A stretch of DNA of 64,000 nucleotides from Patescibacteria group bacterium (GCA_028288925.1 JAQGHG010000019.1:8047-72046), one strand, 5' to 3'. Shown: positions 1 through 10,102, counted from the first letter of the stretch. The notes: generated by a model not told the origin, from the sequence alone. Program-made: numbers and translations.

Positions 1-35
1 ATTCCTTACCTGCACAATGTTTGAACTCCATTAAC

Positions 36-64
36 AATATACCCCTAAACAATTTAGGGGTCAA
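36..64 (-). promoter_or_regulatory. Sigma70-type promoter (TTGACC-17-TATATT) overlapped by palindrome ACCCCTAAA-caa-TTTAGGGGT; drives a transcript leaving the window leftwards
   Basis: Minus strand reads TTGACC cctaaattgtttagggg TATATT; 9-bp inverted repeat at 41-61. Confidence 0.65.
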
Positions 65-140
65 TACTTTTTATGGTTTTCTTTCCCGGTGAGCTCAAAA
101 GTCCCCTCCCCTATCTGTAGATCACCCGTCGTGGGGCATC

Positions 141-162
141 AAAAAAGACCCACAAGGGGTCT
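141..162 (-). terminator. Intrinsic terminator (minus strand)
   Basis: AGACCC/GGGTCT stem followed by a T-run on the minus strand. Confidence 0.45.
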
Positions 163-376
163 CAAAACTCATCTTACTGGCATCAATTGTTTCTGCCCGC
201 GTCATTTCCGCAGAAGTTATCCCCAAGTTCTGCACACCCCGGAGGCCTCCAACACCGAACACTCAGTAACGCTTATGTCATAAGCATTTGACAGATGTTC
301 GGTATGAAGCAATAGCACTATCACATAGAAACCCGCCGGCATACATTGTACGACGTCGCCGTCTCACGCTACCGGT

Positions 377-736
377 CTAGGGGAAGAGCAGCATCTTCAC
401 CGAGACGGCCAAAGTCGCCAAGCCGAATATCCGCGTCAGCGTCTCGTTCGAAAAATGCGAGCTCATGCTCGCCCCAAAAAATCCGCCAACGAAAAATCCC
501 ACCGCGATGAACATCGCTGCCTTCACGCTGACATTTCCCTGCCGGTAATACAAAAACGCGGCCGCCAAACCAATCGGCGGCAACATTACGGCCAGGGTAG
601 TGCCCTGGGCCATCTTCTGGCTAAATCCAAAGATATAGATCAGCAGCGGAATCAAGAAGATCCCGCCCGCTATACCGATCAGGCCTGCCAAAGTCCCGCA
701 AGCCAGACCCACCACAATAAACAACACAGAGACCAT
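377..736 (-). CDS. Half-size TSUP (TauE/SafE-like) membrane protein
   Basis: GLIGIAGGIFLIP and AQGTTLA motifs, 4 TM helices; start placed at ATG 736. Confidence 0.8.
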   Translation of the reverse strand: MVSVLFIVVGLACGTLAGLIGIAGGIFLIPLLIYIFGFSQKMAQGTTLAVMLPPIGLAAAFLYYRQGNVSVKAAMFIAVGFFVGGFFGASMSSHFSNETLTRIFGLATLAVSVKMLLFP

Positions 737-764
737 TATTTCTATGATAATGTATTTCCTCCAA

Positions 765-802
765 TGAAAAAAGCTCACAGCAATGTCTGTGAGCTTTTTT
801 CA
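765..802. terminator. Bidirectional intrinsic terminator downstream of tRNA-Pro
   Basis: TGAAAAAAGCTCACAG-caatgt-CTGTGAGCTTTTTTCA inverted repeat. Confidence 0.8.
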
Positions 803-803
803 T

Positions 804-879
804 TGGTCGGGGTGAGAGGACTTGAACCTCCGGCCTCAGCGTTCCGAACACTGCGCGCTACCAGCTGCGCCACACCCCG
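804..879 (-). tRNA. tRNA-Pro(CGG)
   Basis: 76-nt cloverleaf CGGGGTG...CACCCCGACCA; anticodon arm CAGTG-TTCGGAA-CGCTG; GTTCAAGTC T-arm; encoded CCA. Confidence 0.97.
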
Positions 880-931
880 ATATCTAGCGATTTAAGAACC
901 AGGCTATAATACCGCAAACCAAGCGGCTTTG

Positions 932-1864
932 CTAGTCTGGAAGAGCCTCTAGCTGCGCGCCCTCTAGCTCTATCCGCATGAGATCCAATACGTGAGTGGC
1001 GTATTCCTTGAGCCAAGCCAGCTCAGCCACAAACAAGTTCGAGCTGGCCAACCGGCGCTCAAACTCATCCACCCGGCCACGCTGCTGAGCTACATCATAC
1101 TCCGGCAGCACCTGCACTTCCTGATATCCGTCCGAAAACGTATATCCCAATGCTCTCAGCGTCTGAAAGTGCATAGTCCGCAATTCAGAGATAATCACCG
1201 ACTCCACCGTACCGAAGATCAGATCACGCACCGCGGTAGGCACCAGCACGCCGTTGGCGGGGATCGACGGCTCCATTGAATCCGTCAGGGATCGTTCCAG
1301 CCGGTCAAACTCCAAAACCTGCATCGACCGGATCCCCACATCAAGCTGCTGCAAAATATTCCCAAACAATGGGCTCGTCACAAAGCTACCCACTACAAAC
1401 TGAGGCTCCAAGATATAGGGCGGGCGAAGCTCCAAATCATAACCATTCGCCACCTCGGCCTCTATGTGCACGCGCGAGGCCTCCGTATCGGCGGCGACAT
1501 ACAGCGCCAGGTTGCTACGACCGCCCATGTACCGCAGCGGTGCCCCTGTCACCTGCTTCTGCGCCCGGTCGATATAAGCGGTCGTAAACACCCCATACCC
1601 CAGGTGAAGGTTAGCCGGCACCGCGCAGACCATCAGGCTACCGGGCTCGCCCATGCCGTTACCCGCCGCCTGTAGCCGGCCCATCTCCTGGCGGGCTTCT
1701 ACCAGGTTCATCGACAATATCGGTTTGCCCTCGATAAATCTCAGGCCCTCATCGCGCAGCGAAGCCGTCTCGGTGGCATTATGGGTGCCGTGCAGAGCAA
1801 ACCGCAGCCGCGACAGCGTCTGGTCGCCAAAGCTAGATTTGAGTTCTAAGTGGGATCCGGGCAT
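932..1864 (-). CDS. Hypothetical protein, possible ADP-ribosyltransferase-like N-terminal fold
   Basis: 310-aa ORF 1 nt after the SprT gene; LHGTH...LRDEGL...ILSMNLVEA pattern. Confidence 0.6.
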   Translation of the reverse strand: MPGSHLELKSSFGDQTLSRLRFALHGTHNATETASLRDEGLRFIEGKPILSMNLVEARQEMGRLQAAGNGMGEPGSLMVCAVPANLHLGYGVFTTAYIDRAQKQVTGAPLRYMGGRSNLALYVAADTEASRVHIEAEVANGYDLELRPPYILEPQFVVGSFVTSPLFGNILQQLDVGIRSMQVLEFDRLERSLTDSMEPSIPANGVLVPTAVRDLIFGTVESVIISELRTMHFQTLRALGYTFSDGYQEVQVLPEYDVAQQRGRVDEFERRLASSNLFVAELAWLKEYATHVLDLMRIELEGAQLEALPD

Positions 1865-1865
1865 A

Positions 1866-2351
1866 TCAATCTCCTATATACCAAAAAGGCTTTGGTATCT
1901 TCATCTTAACAGCCGCCGGCCGCGCATTACGAGCCCGGGGAGGAAACTCCCGCGCCAACACCTCGTGCCAGTTGGCCTTGAGCCAACGCTTCTGCTGCGA
2001 ATACAATTCCAGCAAACCCCGCTCCGCGAACTCGCGTCGCATCACACCACCGGCATGCGGATGAGCCTGAGCCTGGGCCAGCGGCGAATTAAAGCCGTGC
2101 GCGTAATGCGTAAGCTCGTGCACGATCGTCGCCTCAATCACAAACTCGGGTATCTCTGGGCTCTTGAAGATACTATTGATGGTAATGATGCTCGTGTGGC
2201 GGTCATTTGGATCCAGGCCGATCGAACCCAGGCGCCGCTTTGCCCGCCGCCCAAACACCATCCGCACGTCATTCTCCTGCGGCACATCAGTAAAGTAATT
2301 ATCCCAAATCTTGTCGAGCACTTGCTGCAACCAAGCTTCGTCGCGCTTCAT
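1866..2351 (-). CDS. SprT-like zinc metallopeptidase
   Basis: RLGSI, TIVHELTH (HExxH) and downstream PHAG; ATG overlaps the helicase stop (ATGA). Confidence 0.8.
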   Translation of the reverse strand: MKRDEAWLQQVLDKIWDNYFTDVPQENDVRMVFGRRAKRRLGSIGLDPNDRHTSIITINSIFKSPEIPEFVIEATIVHELTHYAHGFNSPLAQAQAHPHAGGVMRREFAERGLLELYSQQKRWLKANWHEVLAREFPPRARNARPAAVKMKIPKPFWYIGD

Positions 2352-5245
2352 ACCGTCTCCTCCGCTTCGGCCAAAGCCAGCTCGGCCAGCTCGTCGGCCT
2401 CGCCGGTGCCGTAATACCGAATCGCCGCGCAAGTATGCATCGGCGACGGATTGGGCGCGAACTCCCGGTTCCGAATCTTCGCCGCCAAGCTCACCAGCTT
2501 GTCGCGGTGATTCTGCAAGATCTTTGGCGAAAGCTCGGCCACGCCCTCCACGCCCGTCACTACGTAGTCGAGCACGACCTGCGCCGGCGCCTTACCGTTG
2601 AGCGCCTCATACGCCAAGGCATACGTGCGCAGCTGCAAGTTCACCTTGGCTTCCTTGGCCAGCTTCTCGGGGTCAGTCTTGGTACGCCCCGTCTTAAAGT
2701 CGCGCAGCTCCACCCCGCCGGCCACCTCAAAAAACGCGTCGATCTTGCCCCGCAGCCGTAGCTTAGCCTCCGGCACCTCAAACCGCACCGGCACCTCGGT
2801 ACCCAGAATCCGGCGCGGCGCCCCCGGCTCGCGCTGCAAAAAGACCTCGAGCGTGGCATGTGCCAGCGCCCGGTCCGCTTCGGCCAGCTCCCGCCGGGCG
2901 TAGCCACGGTCGCTCCACAGCTCATCCAGCAACGTGTGGAGTTCTCCGGCCGGCCGCACGCTATCCGCCAACCGCGCCCGGTAGTAACTCTCGAAGACTT
3001 TATGTAGCGCGTTCCCGAAGGCCAATTGCGGCCCCAAGGGTTGTTTAATCTGCAACACATTCGTCATATAGAATTCAAATGGACAATATTCATAGCTACT
3101 CAGACTCGTCACGCCCAGCTCCAACCACCCGTCGCTTGTCTCGAACGGCAGCTTCGCGTCGGCCAAGGCTCCCTCCATGGGGTAAAAGCGTTGTAGTTTG
3201 CTCATCACTCTTTCAATTCTGTCAGCCACCATACCTACCGCCTCGTGCCCATCCGCCTCAGCGCCAAACAATTCAGCCACAAACGGGCTCACCGCCTGCT
3301 TGACGCCGCCGGCTGTTCGCGTCGGTGCGCTCACCACCAGGCTGCTGCGGGCCCGCGTCGCCGCTACGTACATCAGCCGGCGGAATTCGTGCTCGGGCGC
3401 CAGTTCCAGGCCGCCGCGCAAGGCCTCCGGCACCTGGCGCCCCAAACCTCGCCCGCCCGACCAGCTGCGCTGCGTGCAACCGATCACGTACACCGCCTCA
3501 AACTCCAAGCCCTTGGAGGCATGCACCGTCAGCAACTGCACACCCTCCGCGTCGCCCACCGCTTCGGTCACTTCCAGCGCCGGCGGCATCGGAAACGCCT
3601 TGCTATACTCGGCCAAGGCCGGATTGACCGCCATAGTCTCGAAGTCCTGCATCTGGTCAAACCACCGCTGCAAATCCTCAAACACCCGCACCATCCGTGG
3701 GCTCTCCTCGGCTTGCTCACGCCAGGCGTCGGCCCGACCGGTCTCAAACACCAGCCGGAAGGCCAGCTGGCTCACCGGGAGATCCCGCGCCCACTCCCGC
3801 CAGGCGTCCAGCCGCGCCACCAGAGCCCGGCCGGATTCGCTCTCATCAGCCCGCAAAGCCGCTTCTACGCTCACCATCTGCTCACGACTCACCTCTAGCA
3901 ACCGCCGGTACTCCTCGGCGCTCCAGCCCACAAACGGCCCCATGATCACGTGCCCTACCGCTTCCTCATCCGCCCACATCGCCAACCACTTCATCAAGTA
4001 CCACAGGCCTATCAACTCCGGTTGTTCAAAGATATTCACCGTCGTAGACAGCGCGAATGGCACCTGCCGGGTACGCATCGCCTTGGCCAAGGCCCTCAGC
4101 GGCGCGTGCGTCGCCGCCAGCACCGCCATACTCGCCGGCGCCTCGCCCGCCTCCAGCCGCGCCGCTACCGCCGCCAGCACACCTTCCTGCTCGTCGGTAG
4201 CCGTCCGGTACGGCACATACTCCGCCGTACTTTCGTTGTGTTGGGCGATCAAGCGCTTATCAATGCCCAGCTTCGACTCCAGCCGCTCCGGATCATTGTG
4301 CCGGATCAGCCGGTACGAGGCGTCAAGAATGGCTTGTCCCGAGCGGTAGTTCCGCACCAGCACCGCCGGCTTACCCAGCGCGAAATGATCAGCGAAAGCC
4401 AAAATATTGCCAATCTCTGCCCCCCGAAACCCATAGATCGCCTGGTCATCATCGCCTACCGCGAACAAATTTCCCTCGCGCCCAATAAACGTCCGCAACA
4501 ACGCGTCCTGCACCGCGTTCGTATCCTGATATTCATCCACCAGCACATACTTATACTCCGCCGCCAAGCGCTGTGCCACATTGGGCCGCTCCTGCAGAAT
4601 CTTCAGCGGCAATTGCAACTGATCGTTGTAATCAAAGGTCCCCGTCTCAGCCTTAAGATCTTCGTAAAGCCGGTAAAACTGAACCAGATCCGCCTGCTCA
4701 TCCACATCCCGTGGATGCATCTCTCCCGGATCCTGGCGCAGACCCTCCACGTATTCCTCGTACCGGCCCACGCTCACCCCGGCATTCTGCAAACTCCCAA
4801 CGTAGCCTACAATCCCTTCCAAAAATTCGAATAAATCCGCCTGCGCACCATAATACTTCAGCTCAATCCGGCCCACGTGTTGTTGCAGAAGCAACGCTTT
4901 TTGAGTGTCGTTGAGCAAACCACCACGAATCGACCGTCCAATGTGACTAGCAAACCGCCCCAACAACTCCGCCCCAAAGGCATGGAACGTCATCACCGGC
5001 ACCTGAAACGATTCCCACCCGATCAGTCCGTACAGCCGGTCCTGCATCTCCCGCGCGGCTTTTTCGGTAAAGGTTAGCGCCAGCACCTGCGTCGGCTTGG
5101 CCTTGCCCCGCGCGATCAAATGCGCGATGCGCCGGGTGATCACCTGCGTTTTACCCGTACCGGCCCCGGCCACCACCAAAAGCGGCCCGTCGGTATGTTC
5201 CACCGCCGTCCGCTGTTCCGGATTTAAACCTTCTAGAATATTCAT
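2348..5245 (-). CDS. UvrD/PcrA-family helicase with C-terminal RecB-like PD-(D/E)xK nuclease (AdnA/B-like)
   Basis: AGAGTGKT, LVDEYQD, VGDDDQAIYGFRGA, NYRS, TVHASKGLEF, YVAATRAR; nuclease GKID...DFKTG...QLRTY. Confidence 0.95.
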   Translation of the reverse strand: MNILEGLNPEQRTAVEHTDGPLLVVAGAGTGKTQVITRRIAHLIARGKAKPTQVLALTFTEKAAREMQDRLYGLIGWESFQVPVMTFHAFGAELLGRFASHIGRSIRGGLLNDTQKALLLQQHVGRIELKYYGAQADLFEFLEGIVGYVGSLQNAGVSVGRYEEYVEGLRQDPGEMHPRDVDEQADLVQFYRLYEDLKAETGTFDYNDQLQLPLKILQERPNVAQRLAAEYKYVLVDEYQDTNAVQDALLRTFIGREGNLFAVGDDDQAIYGFRGAEIGNILAFADHFALGKPAVLVRNYRSGQAILDASYRLIRHNDPERLESKLGIDKRLIAQHNESTAEYVPYRTATDEQEGVLAAVAARLEAGEAPASMAVLAATHAPLRALAKAMRTRQVPFALSTTVNIFEQPELIGLWYLMKWLAMWADEEAVGHVIMGPFVGWSAEEYRRLLEVSREQMVSVEAALRADESESGRALVARLDAWREWARDLPVSQLAFRLVFETGRADAWREQAEESPRMVRVFEDLQRWFDQMQDFETMAVNPALAEYSKAFPMPPALEVTEAVGDAEGVQLLTVHASKGLEFEAVYVIGCTQRSWSGGRGLGRQVPEALRGGLELAPEHEFRRLMYVAATRARSSLVVSAPTRTAGGVKQAVSPFVAELFGAEADGHEAVGMVADRIERVMSKLQRFYPMEGALADAKLPFETSDGWLELGVTSLSSYEYCPFEFYMTNVLQIKQPLGPQLAFGNALHKVFESYYRARLADSVRPAGELHTLLDELWSDRGYARRELAEADRALAHATLEVFLQREPGAPRRILGTEVPVRFEVPEAKLRLRGKIDAFFEVAGGVELRDFKTGRTKTDPEKLAKEAKVNLQLRTYALAYEALNGKAPAQVVLDYVVTGVEGVAELSPKILQNHRDKLVSLAAKIRNREFAPNPSPMHTCAAIRYYGTGEADELAELALAEAEETV

Positions 5246-5309
5246 ATGATTATTCTATCAGGTAACATCTATAGACATTCGAGAAAAATGCTATAATTAA
5301 GCATAAGAG

Positions 5310-7367
5310 GTGCAAAGAGTGTCTGATCTGATTACGCGCACAGCCAGACTCGTTCCCTATACTAAACGCCCGAAGCAAGTCGCCAGCTTCGTGACGGCCT
5401 ATTCGTATGAGCCCCAGCCCAACGAACCAGGTGCTCCACTCGGCAGCTTATACGTGGTGCTCGAGGTCCTAATCTCCGGCCGCGCCAGCGAGGAAGTATC
5501 CGACCTGGTCATCGAAACCATCGGCAATCACTACTACAACGAGCCACCGGCCGGCACCGAACCGCTTGAGCGCTTCGAAAGCGCCGTCAAGGCCGTCAAC
5601 CACGAGCTCACCGAGCACGTCAATCGTGGCAACGCCGCCTGGATCGGCAAGCTCAGCGCCGTCGTCGCCATCCAGGCCGGCGATGAAGTCCATGTAGCCG
5701 CCACCGGTTCCGCCGAGGCTTACCTCTACCGTGGCAAATCCGCCAGCCACATCACCGGCGGCAGCGACACCAGCCGCCCGACCACCCCCAGCAAAACCTT
5801 CGGCTCCATCGCCACCGGCCAACTCGAAGCCGGCGACCGCCTCTTGCTCGCCACACCCGCCCTCATCCACCAGGTGCCATTGGAAAAACTCCAAAGCGTC
5901 ATCGGGCAGACCGGCCCCAACACCGCCATCGCCGAGCTCACCGAGCTCATGCACGGCGCGGCCACCGACCGCATCGCCGCCTTCGTTATCGAAATCACCA
6001 CCCCCGAGCTGGCCGCGCTGCAAGTCCGCTCCGAGCAACCCAATGAGATCCGCCTCGGCTCCCCCGAAAACGCCCTCGAAGCCGCCAAATTAGCCGCCGC
6101 CCCCATCGCCAAAACCACCGTGGCCTCGGGCAAAAAAGTTGCCGAGGCCGCCGGCACCGAATGGAAGCGCGCCAAACCCCGCCTTCGCACCCTCGGACTC
6201 ACGCTGGCCGGCAAAGCTCGCCAGGCGCTCAGCACCACCGGTGGCCGGCGCAAAGCCCTCATCGCGCTCGGCGTCATCGTAGTCATACTTATCGTGCTTG
6301 TCTGGCGCCATCAGACCTCCGTGGCATCAAACCAATACTTCGCCAAGTACCAGGAAGCCTACGCCGGTTACACTCGCAGCCAAACCCTTGCCTCTACCGG
6401 TCAAAAAGACCAAGCCGGCACGCTCCTACAATCAATCCAGACCCAGCTCACCAAACTCGCCCCCCACGAGTCCGTCATCAACAAGAAACTCGGCGACTCT
6501 CCCCTGCTTCAGGGCGAGCCCCGCACCATGAAGGAATTCACCTCCTTGGTCACCAATGGCGTCGACGAAATTCAAGGGCTCATTAGAGTAAATTATACAA
6601 CAGTTGCTACCCTCCCAGCCAAGGATACCCGTCCAGAGCATTTCGAAATAGCCGGTGGCAAAGCCTATATCTTTGATATCGCACACAAGAACGCCCTGTC
6701 TATCGTTACCCTGGCATCGGGCAATATTAAGACCTCAAGCATAGACGCGGACAAATTAGGTGCTGTAATAAACACTACGTTATCCGCCGCGAACGACGGA
6801 ATCTACATCGTCACCAACCAGCCCTCCGTCTGGTTTTACCGGTTCGACACCGACACCCTCAAGGAACAGCCCGTCGCCTACGGCCAATGGCCCGCAGCCA
6901 CCGCCGTCGCCTCATACCTCACCAATCTCTATCTGCTCAGCGAAGGAACCATCTACAAGCATGTCAAAAACGCCACCGGCTTCTCGCCCAAGACCACCTA
7001 TTTCCTGCCCGACGCCAATTCCAAAGCGGCCACGGCCCTAGCCGTCGATGGGTCGATCTATCTAGCCTCGCCCAGCGGCCTCCACCGCTATGTCGCCGGC
7101 ACGTTCAAACAATCCGCCACACTCCCCCAGTCCATCGCCAGGATCAAAAACCTGCGCTCCACCGACGACGGCACCCTGCTCATCGGCACCGATCCCGCGT
7201 CCAAGCGCGTCGGCCTCTGGACCGCCAGCGACACCAAGCTAGCCTTCAGCAAACAAATCGCCCCCAACGGCCTCAAGTCACTCTATGATTCCACCTACGA
7301 TGCCAAGACCGGCCAAATCTACGCCGTCGCCGACGGCCGCCTCATCCGCTTCGGGCTACAGCGCTAA
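5310..7367 (+). CDS. Membrane protein: PP2C-like N-terminal domain, one TM helix, extracellular beta-propeller-like region
   Basis: 685 aa; GSAEAYLYRG and GDRLLLAT resemble PP2C fold; TM near aa 317-332; LAVDGSIYL repeat-like C-terminus. Confidence 0.65.
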   Translation: MQRVSDLITRTARLVPYTKRPKQVASFVTAYSYEPQPNEPGAPLGSLYVVLEVLISGRASEEVSDLVIETIGNHYYNEPPAGTEPLERFESAVKAVNHELTEHVNRGNAAWIGKLSAVVAIQAGDEVHVAATGSAEAYLYRGKSASHITGGSDTSRPTTPSKTFGSIATGQLEAGDRLLLATPALIHQVPLEKLQSVIGQTGPNTAIAELTELMHGAATDRIAAFVIEITTPELAALQVRSEQPNEIRLGSPENALEAAKLAAAPIAKTTVASGKKVAEAAGTEWKRAKPRLRTLGLTLAGKARQALSTTGGRRKALIALGVIVVILIVLVWRHQTSVASNQYFAKYQEAYAGYTRSQTLASTGQKDQAGTLLQSIQTQLTKLAPHESVINKKLGDSPLLQGEPRTMKEFTSLVTNGVDEIQGLIRVNYTTVATLPAKDTRPEHFEIAGGKAYIFDIAHKNALSIVTLASGNIKTSSIDADKLGAVINTTLSAANDGIYIVTNQPSVWFYRFDTDTLKEQPVAYGQWPAATAVASYLTNLYLLSEGTIYKHVKNATGFSPKTTYFLPDANSKAATALAVDGSIYLASPSGLHRYVAGTFKQSATLPQSIARIKNLRSTDDGTLLIGTDPASKRVGLWTASDTKLAFSKQIAPNGLKSLYDSTYDAKTGQIYAVADGRLIRFGLQR

Positions 7368-7371
7368 ATTC

Positions 7372-9060
7372 TTACAGCCGGTCGGGCGCGGCCACTCCCA
7401 GCAGCTCCAAGCCGTCCTTGAGTACGTCGGCATACACCCCCACCAGCCGCAACCGCACCGCCTGCCGTTCGTCACCGATTACCCGGTTGTGTTCATAAAA
7501 CCGGTTAAAAGCCTGCGCCAGTTCATACAGATACGTCGCCACATGATGCGGCATCAAGTCACTCACGGCCTTCGAGATGACATCCGGATACTCAATCAAT
7601 TTACGTGCCAACACCCGCTCGCCCACACCCAGCTCATCCAGCTTGGCCGCCGGCTTGTCATCCGTCTTAGCCATAACGCTCCGCGCCCGCGCGTGAGCAT
7701 ATTGCAAATACGGACCACTGTTGCCATCCAAGCTCACCGACTCCTCGGGCACAAACACGATATCCGACCCTATGCGATGCTTTAAGAACGCATACTTCAC
7801 CGCCCCTAGCACTACCTTCTCATCGGCCGATCCGGTCGCCTGCTTATTTGCTTGTGCCACCAGATCGAGCACATCGCCCGCCCGCAGGATATTACCCTTA
7901 CGCGAGCTCATCTTCACCCCGCCGGCCAGCTTCACATTGCCATGAGTAATGTGCGTGCTCTTGGCCACCAGCTCCGGATTAAATTGCTCGATGCTCTTGA
8001 GCACTACTTTCATGTATTCCAAAATATCGTTGCCGGTAATCACAATCGAACGGTCGAACCGATAGTCCTGCCACTTCGTCAAAATCAGACCAACATCCTT
8101 GGCCTCGTAAGTAGGCAACCCATTGGAGTTAATAAACACCCGCGTGTGCAGCCCATACGGCTCACCCCGAAACACCACCGCGCCGTCGCTCTCCTCATAC
8201 ACACCCCGCTTCAACTGCTCGCGCACGGTATCAAGACCCAGCTGAGTAGTCTCACTCTCCGGATAATATTTCTCGAAACGCGTACCAATCCGGGCATAAA
8301 AAGCATCAAAATGATCATAACTCCACTGCCGGCACGTCCAGTAAATCTTGGCCAGATTCGATTCATGGTCATTCCGCGCGTGAATCTCGTACACCCGTTT
8401 ATTTAGCGCGATGATCTCGGCCTTAGCCACTTCGTCATCCTCGTAAGCTCGAGTGCCTTCGATATAACACCGCGTCATCCACTCCGAACGATCGGCTTCC
8501 GCGATATTCGCCAAGCCTTCCGGCTGCTCTCCACCCAGCTCGCGCAAGATCGCCCACAGCGTCCTGCCCACATGCAGGCCCACGTCGCCGCCGAAGTTCA
8601 CGTCGTGCACGTTCCCGCCGGCCGCCTGGACCAGCCGCGAGATCGCGTCACCCACCACACTCGTATAAAGGTGCCCGACGTGCAACACCTTAAATGGGTT
8701 CGGGTCAGAATATTCCACCACTACCTCTTGCCCGGCGTATATCGCCGGTTTGCTCGTCGGGGCGGCTATCGCCAGCTCACCGATCCTAGCATCGCTCAGG
8801 GTAATATTAATAAACCCCGGTCCGGCCACCTCTACCTTCTCGAAGCCTTTCGAGCCGCGCAGCGCATCGGCCAACTCCCCGGCCACCTCCCGCGGCGGCC
8901 GTTTCATGTCCTTGGCATACACCATCGCCGCGTTGGTCGCGACATCGCCAAACCTGGCATCGGCGGCATAGCCCACCTCAAAACGGCCCAAATCCGTAAT
9001 GTCGTCAAATGTCTGGGCGATTACCTTGGCAATCTGCTGTTTGATTTCTGGTAGCATCAT
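7372..9060 (-). CDS. argS: Arginine--tRNA ligase
   Basis: VAGPGFIN, EYSDPNPFKVLHVGH (HIGH), KMSSRKG, GNSGPYLQYAHAR. Confidence 0.97.
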   Translation of the reverse strand: MMLPEIKQQIAKVIAQTFDDITDLGRFEVGYAADARFGDVATNAAMVYAKDMKRPPREVAGELADALRGSKGFEKVEVAGPGFINITLSDARIGELAIAAPTSKPAIYAGQEVVVEYSDPNPFKVLHVGHLYTSVVGDAISRLVQAAGGNVHDVNFGGDVGLHVGRTLWAILRELGGEQPEGLANIAEADRSEWMTRCYIEGTRAYEDDEVAKAEIIALNKRVYEIHARNDHESNLAKIYWTCRQWSYDHFDAFYARIGTRFEKYYPESETTQLGLDTVREQLKRGVYEESDGAVVFRGEPYGLHTRVFINSNGLPTYEAKDVGLILTKWQDYRFDRSIVITGNDILEYMKVVLKSIEQFNPELVAKSTHITHGNVKLAGGVKMSSRKGNILRAGDVLDLVAQANKQATGSADEKVVLGAVKYAFLKHRIGSDIVFVPEESVSLDGNSGPYLQYAHARARSVMAKTDDKPAAKLDELGVGERVLARKLIEYPDVISKAVSDLMPHHVATYLYELAQAFNRFYEHNRVIGDERQAVRLRLVGVYADVLKDGLELLGVAAPDRL

Positions 9061-9212
9061 TTCCGCCCGATTATACCAGGAGTGTACCCCGCAAGCGAAT
9101 CGGGGCATACGACAGCCGAATTATTACGGTTATTGACAACAAAAGGGAAGGACCTATCATTAATCTACCCCATGACCAGCCGGGCCATGCGGCAAAACCG
9201 GAAGGACTAGCA

Positions 9213-9494
9213 ATGGCCAAGCAGCCCCCGCCTCCACCTACCGAATACCATATCCAGGTCTCCTGGTTCGGGCGGGAGATAAAACGCACGTTCTATGCGA
9301 CCGGTATCTGGGGAGCCCTATCCTGCCCGGTGATCCTCGTGGCGACCGGCCTGAGCATCATCCTGGCCGTCCTCGGGTTCATCGTCTTCGGCCCCCAGTT
9401 CGGCATATACTGCGCGCTCCTCTCAGCGATCGCGATAGCAATCCTCATCGTGAGGCTAATCCGTCGGCGAACGCGCAACCACCCTCGCCGATAA
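9213..9494 (+). CDS. Small 2-TM hypothetical protein
   Basis: Upstream TTGACA-16-TATCAT at 9133-9160, GAAGGA SD, downstream GC hairpin plus T-run. Confidence 0.6.
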   Translation: MAKQPPPPPTEYHIQVSWFGREIKRTFYATGIWGALSCPVILVATGLSIILAVLGFIVFGPQFGIYCALLSAIAIAILIVRLIRRRTRNHPRR

Positions 9495-9534
9495 TCCCGG
9501 GGACCAGCCCCGGCCTTCGCGCCCCTACTATTGG

Positions 9535-9580
9535 CCCCGCCGGCAGCTTTCGAGCAGCCGGCGGGGTCTTCCCTTTTTCT
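9535..9580 (+). terminator. Intrinsic terminator
   Basis: CCCCGCCGGC...GCCGGCGGGG stem followed by pyrimidine/T-run. Confidence 0.65.
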
Positions 9581-9598
9581 TTCCTATATAATGTATCC

Positions 9599-10039
9599 AT
9601 GAAACTCCTAGCCAAAAACCGGCGCGCCACCTTCGACTACGAGATTACCAAGCGGATCGTCGCCGGAATCTCACTCAACGGCGACGAAGTCAAAAGCATC
9701 AAGTCCGGCGCCGCCAGTCTCAAAGGCGCCTTCATCGCGCTGCACGAGGGCGAGGCCTACCTCACCAACGCGCACGTCACGCCATACCAACACGCCGCCC
9801 ACAAGGACATGCTCGAACCCACCCGCAACCGCAAGCTCCTCCTCCACCGCGATCAGCTCGACCGCTTGATAGCCGAAAAGCAATCCGGACTCAGCGTGGT
9901 CCCCACTGCCCTGCTCCAAGACCGCCGGCTCATAAAGCTCGAGATCGGCATCGGCCGCGGCAAAAAACGCTACGACAAACGCGAGACAATTAAGCGCCGC
10001 GACACCAGCCGCGAAGTGGCTCGGCAGTTAAAACGCTAA
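9599..10039 (+). CDS. smpB: SsrA-binding protein SmpB
   Basis: NRRATFDY, GDEVKSIK, RKLLLH, GKKRYDKRETIK. Confidence 0.97.
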   Translation: MKLLAKNRRATFDYEITKRIVAGISLNGDEVKSIKSGAASLKGAFIALHEGEAYLTNAHVTPYQHAAHKDMLEPTRNRKLLLHRDQLDRLIAEKQSGLSVVPTALLQDRRLIKLEIGIGRGKKRYDKRETIKRRDTSREVARQLKR

Positions 10040-10102
10040 TGCTTTCCAAAACTGGGTAAAACCCGCTTGACGAGTACCCGCTACAAGCGTTAATCTACTT
10101 AC

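Noticed and set aside
217-236. DnaA-box-like TTATCCCCA and TTCTGCACA suggesting oriC
   Set aside because: Only two boxes with 1-2 mismatches, and no dnaA or clear unwinding element in the window.
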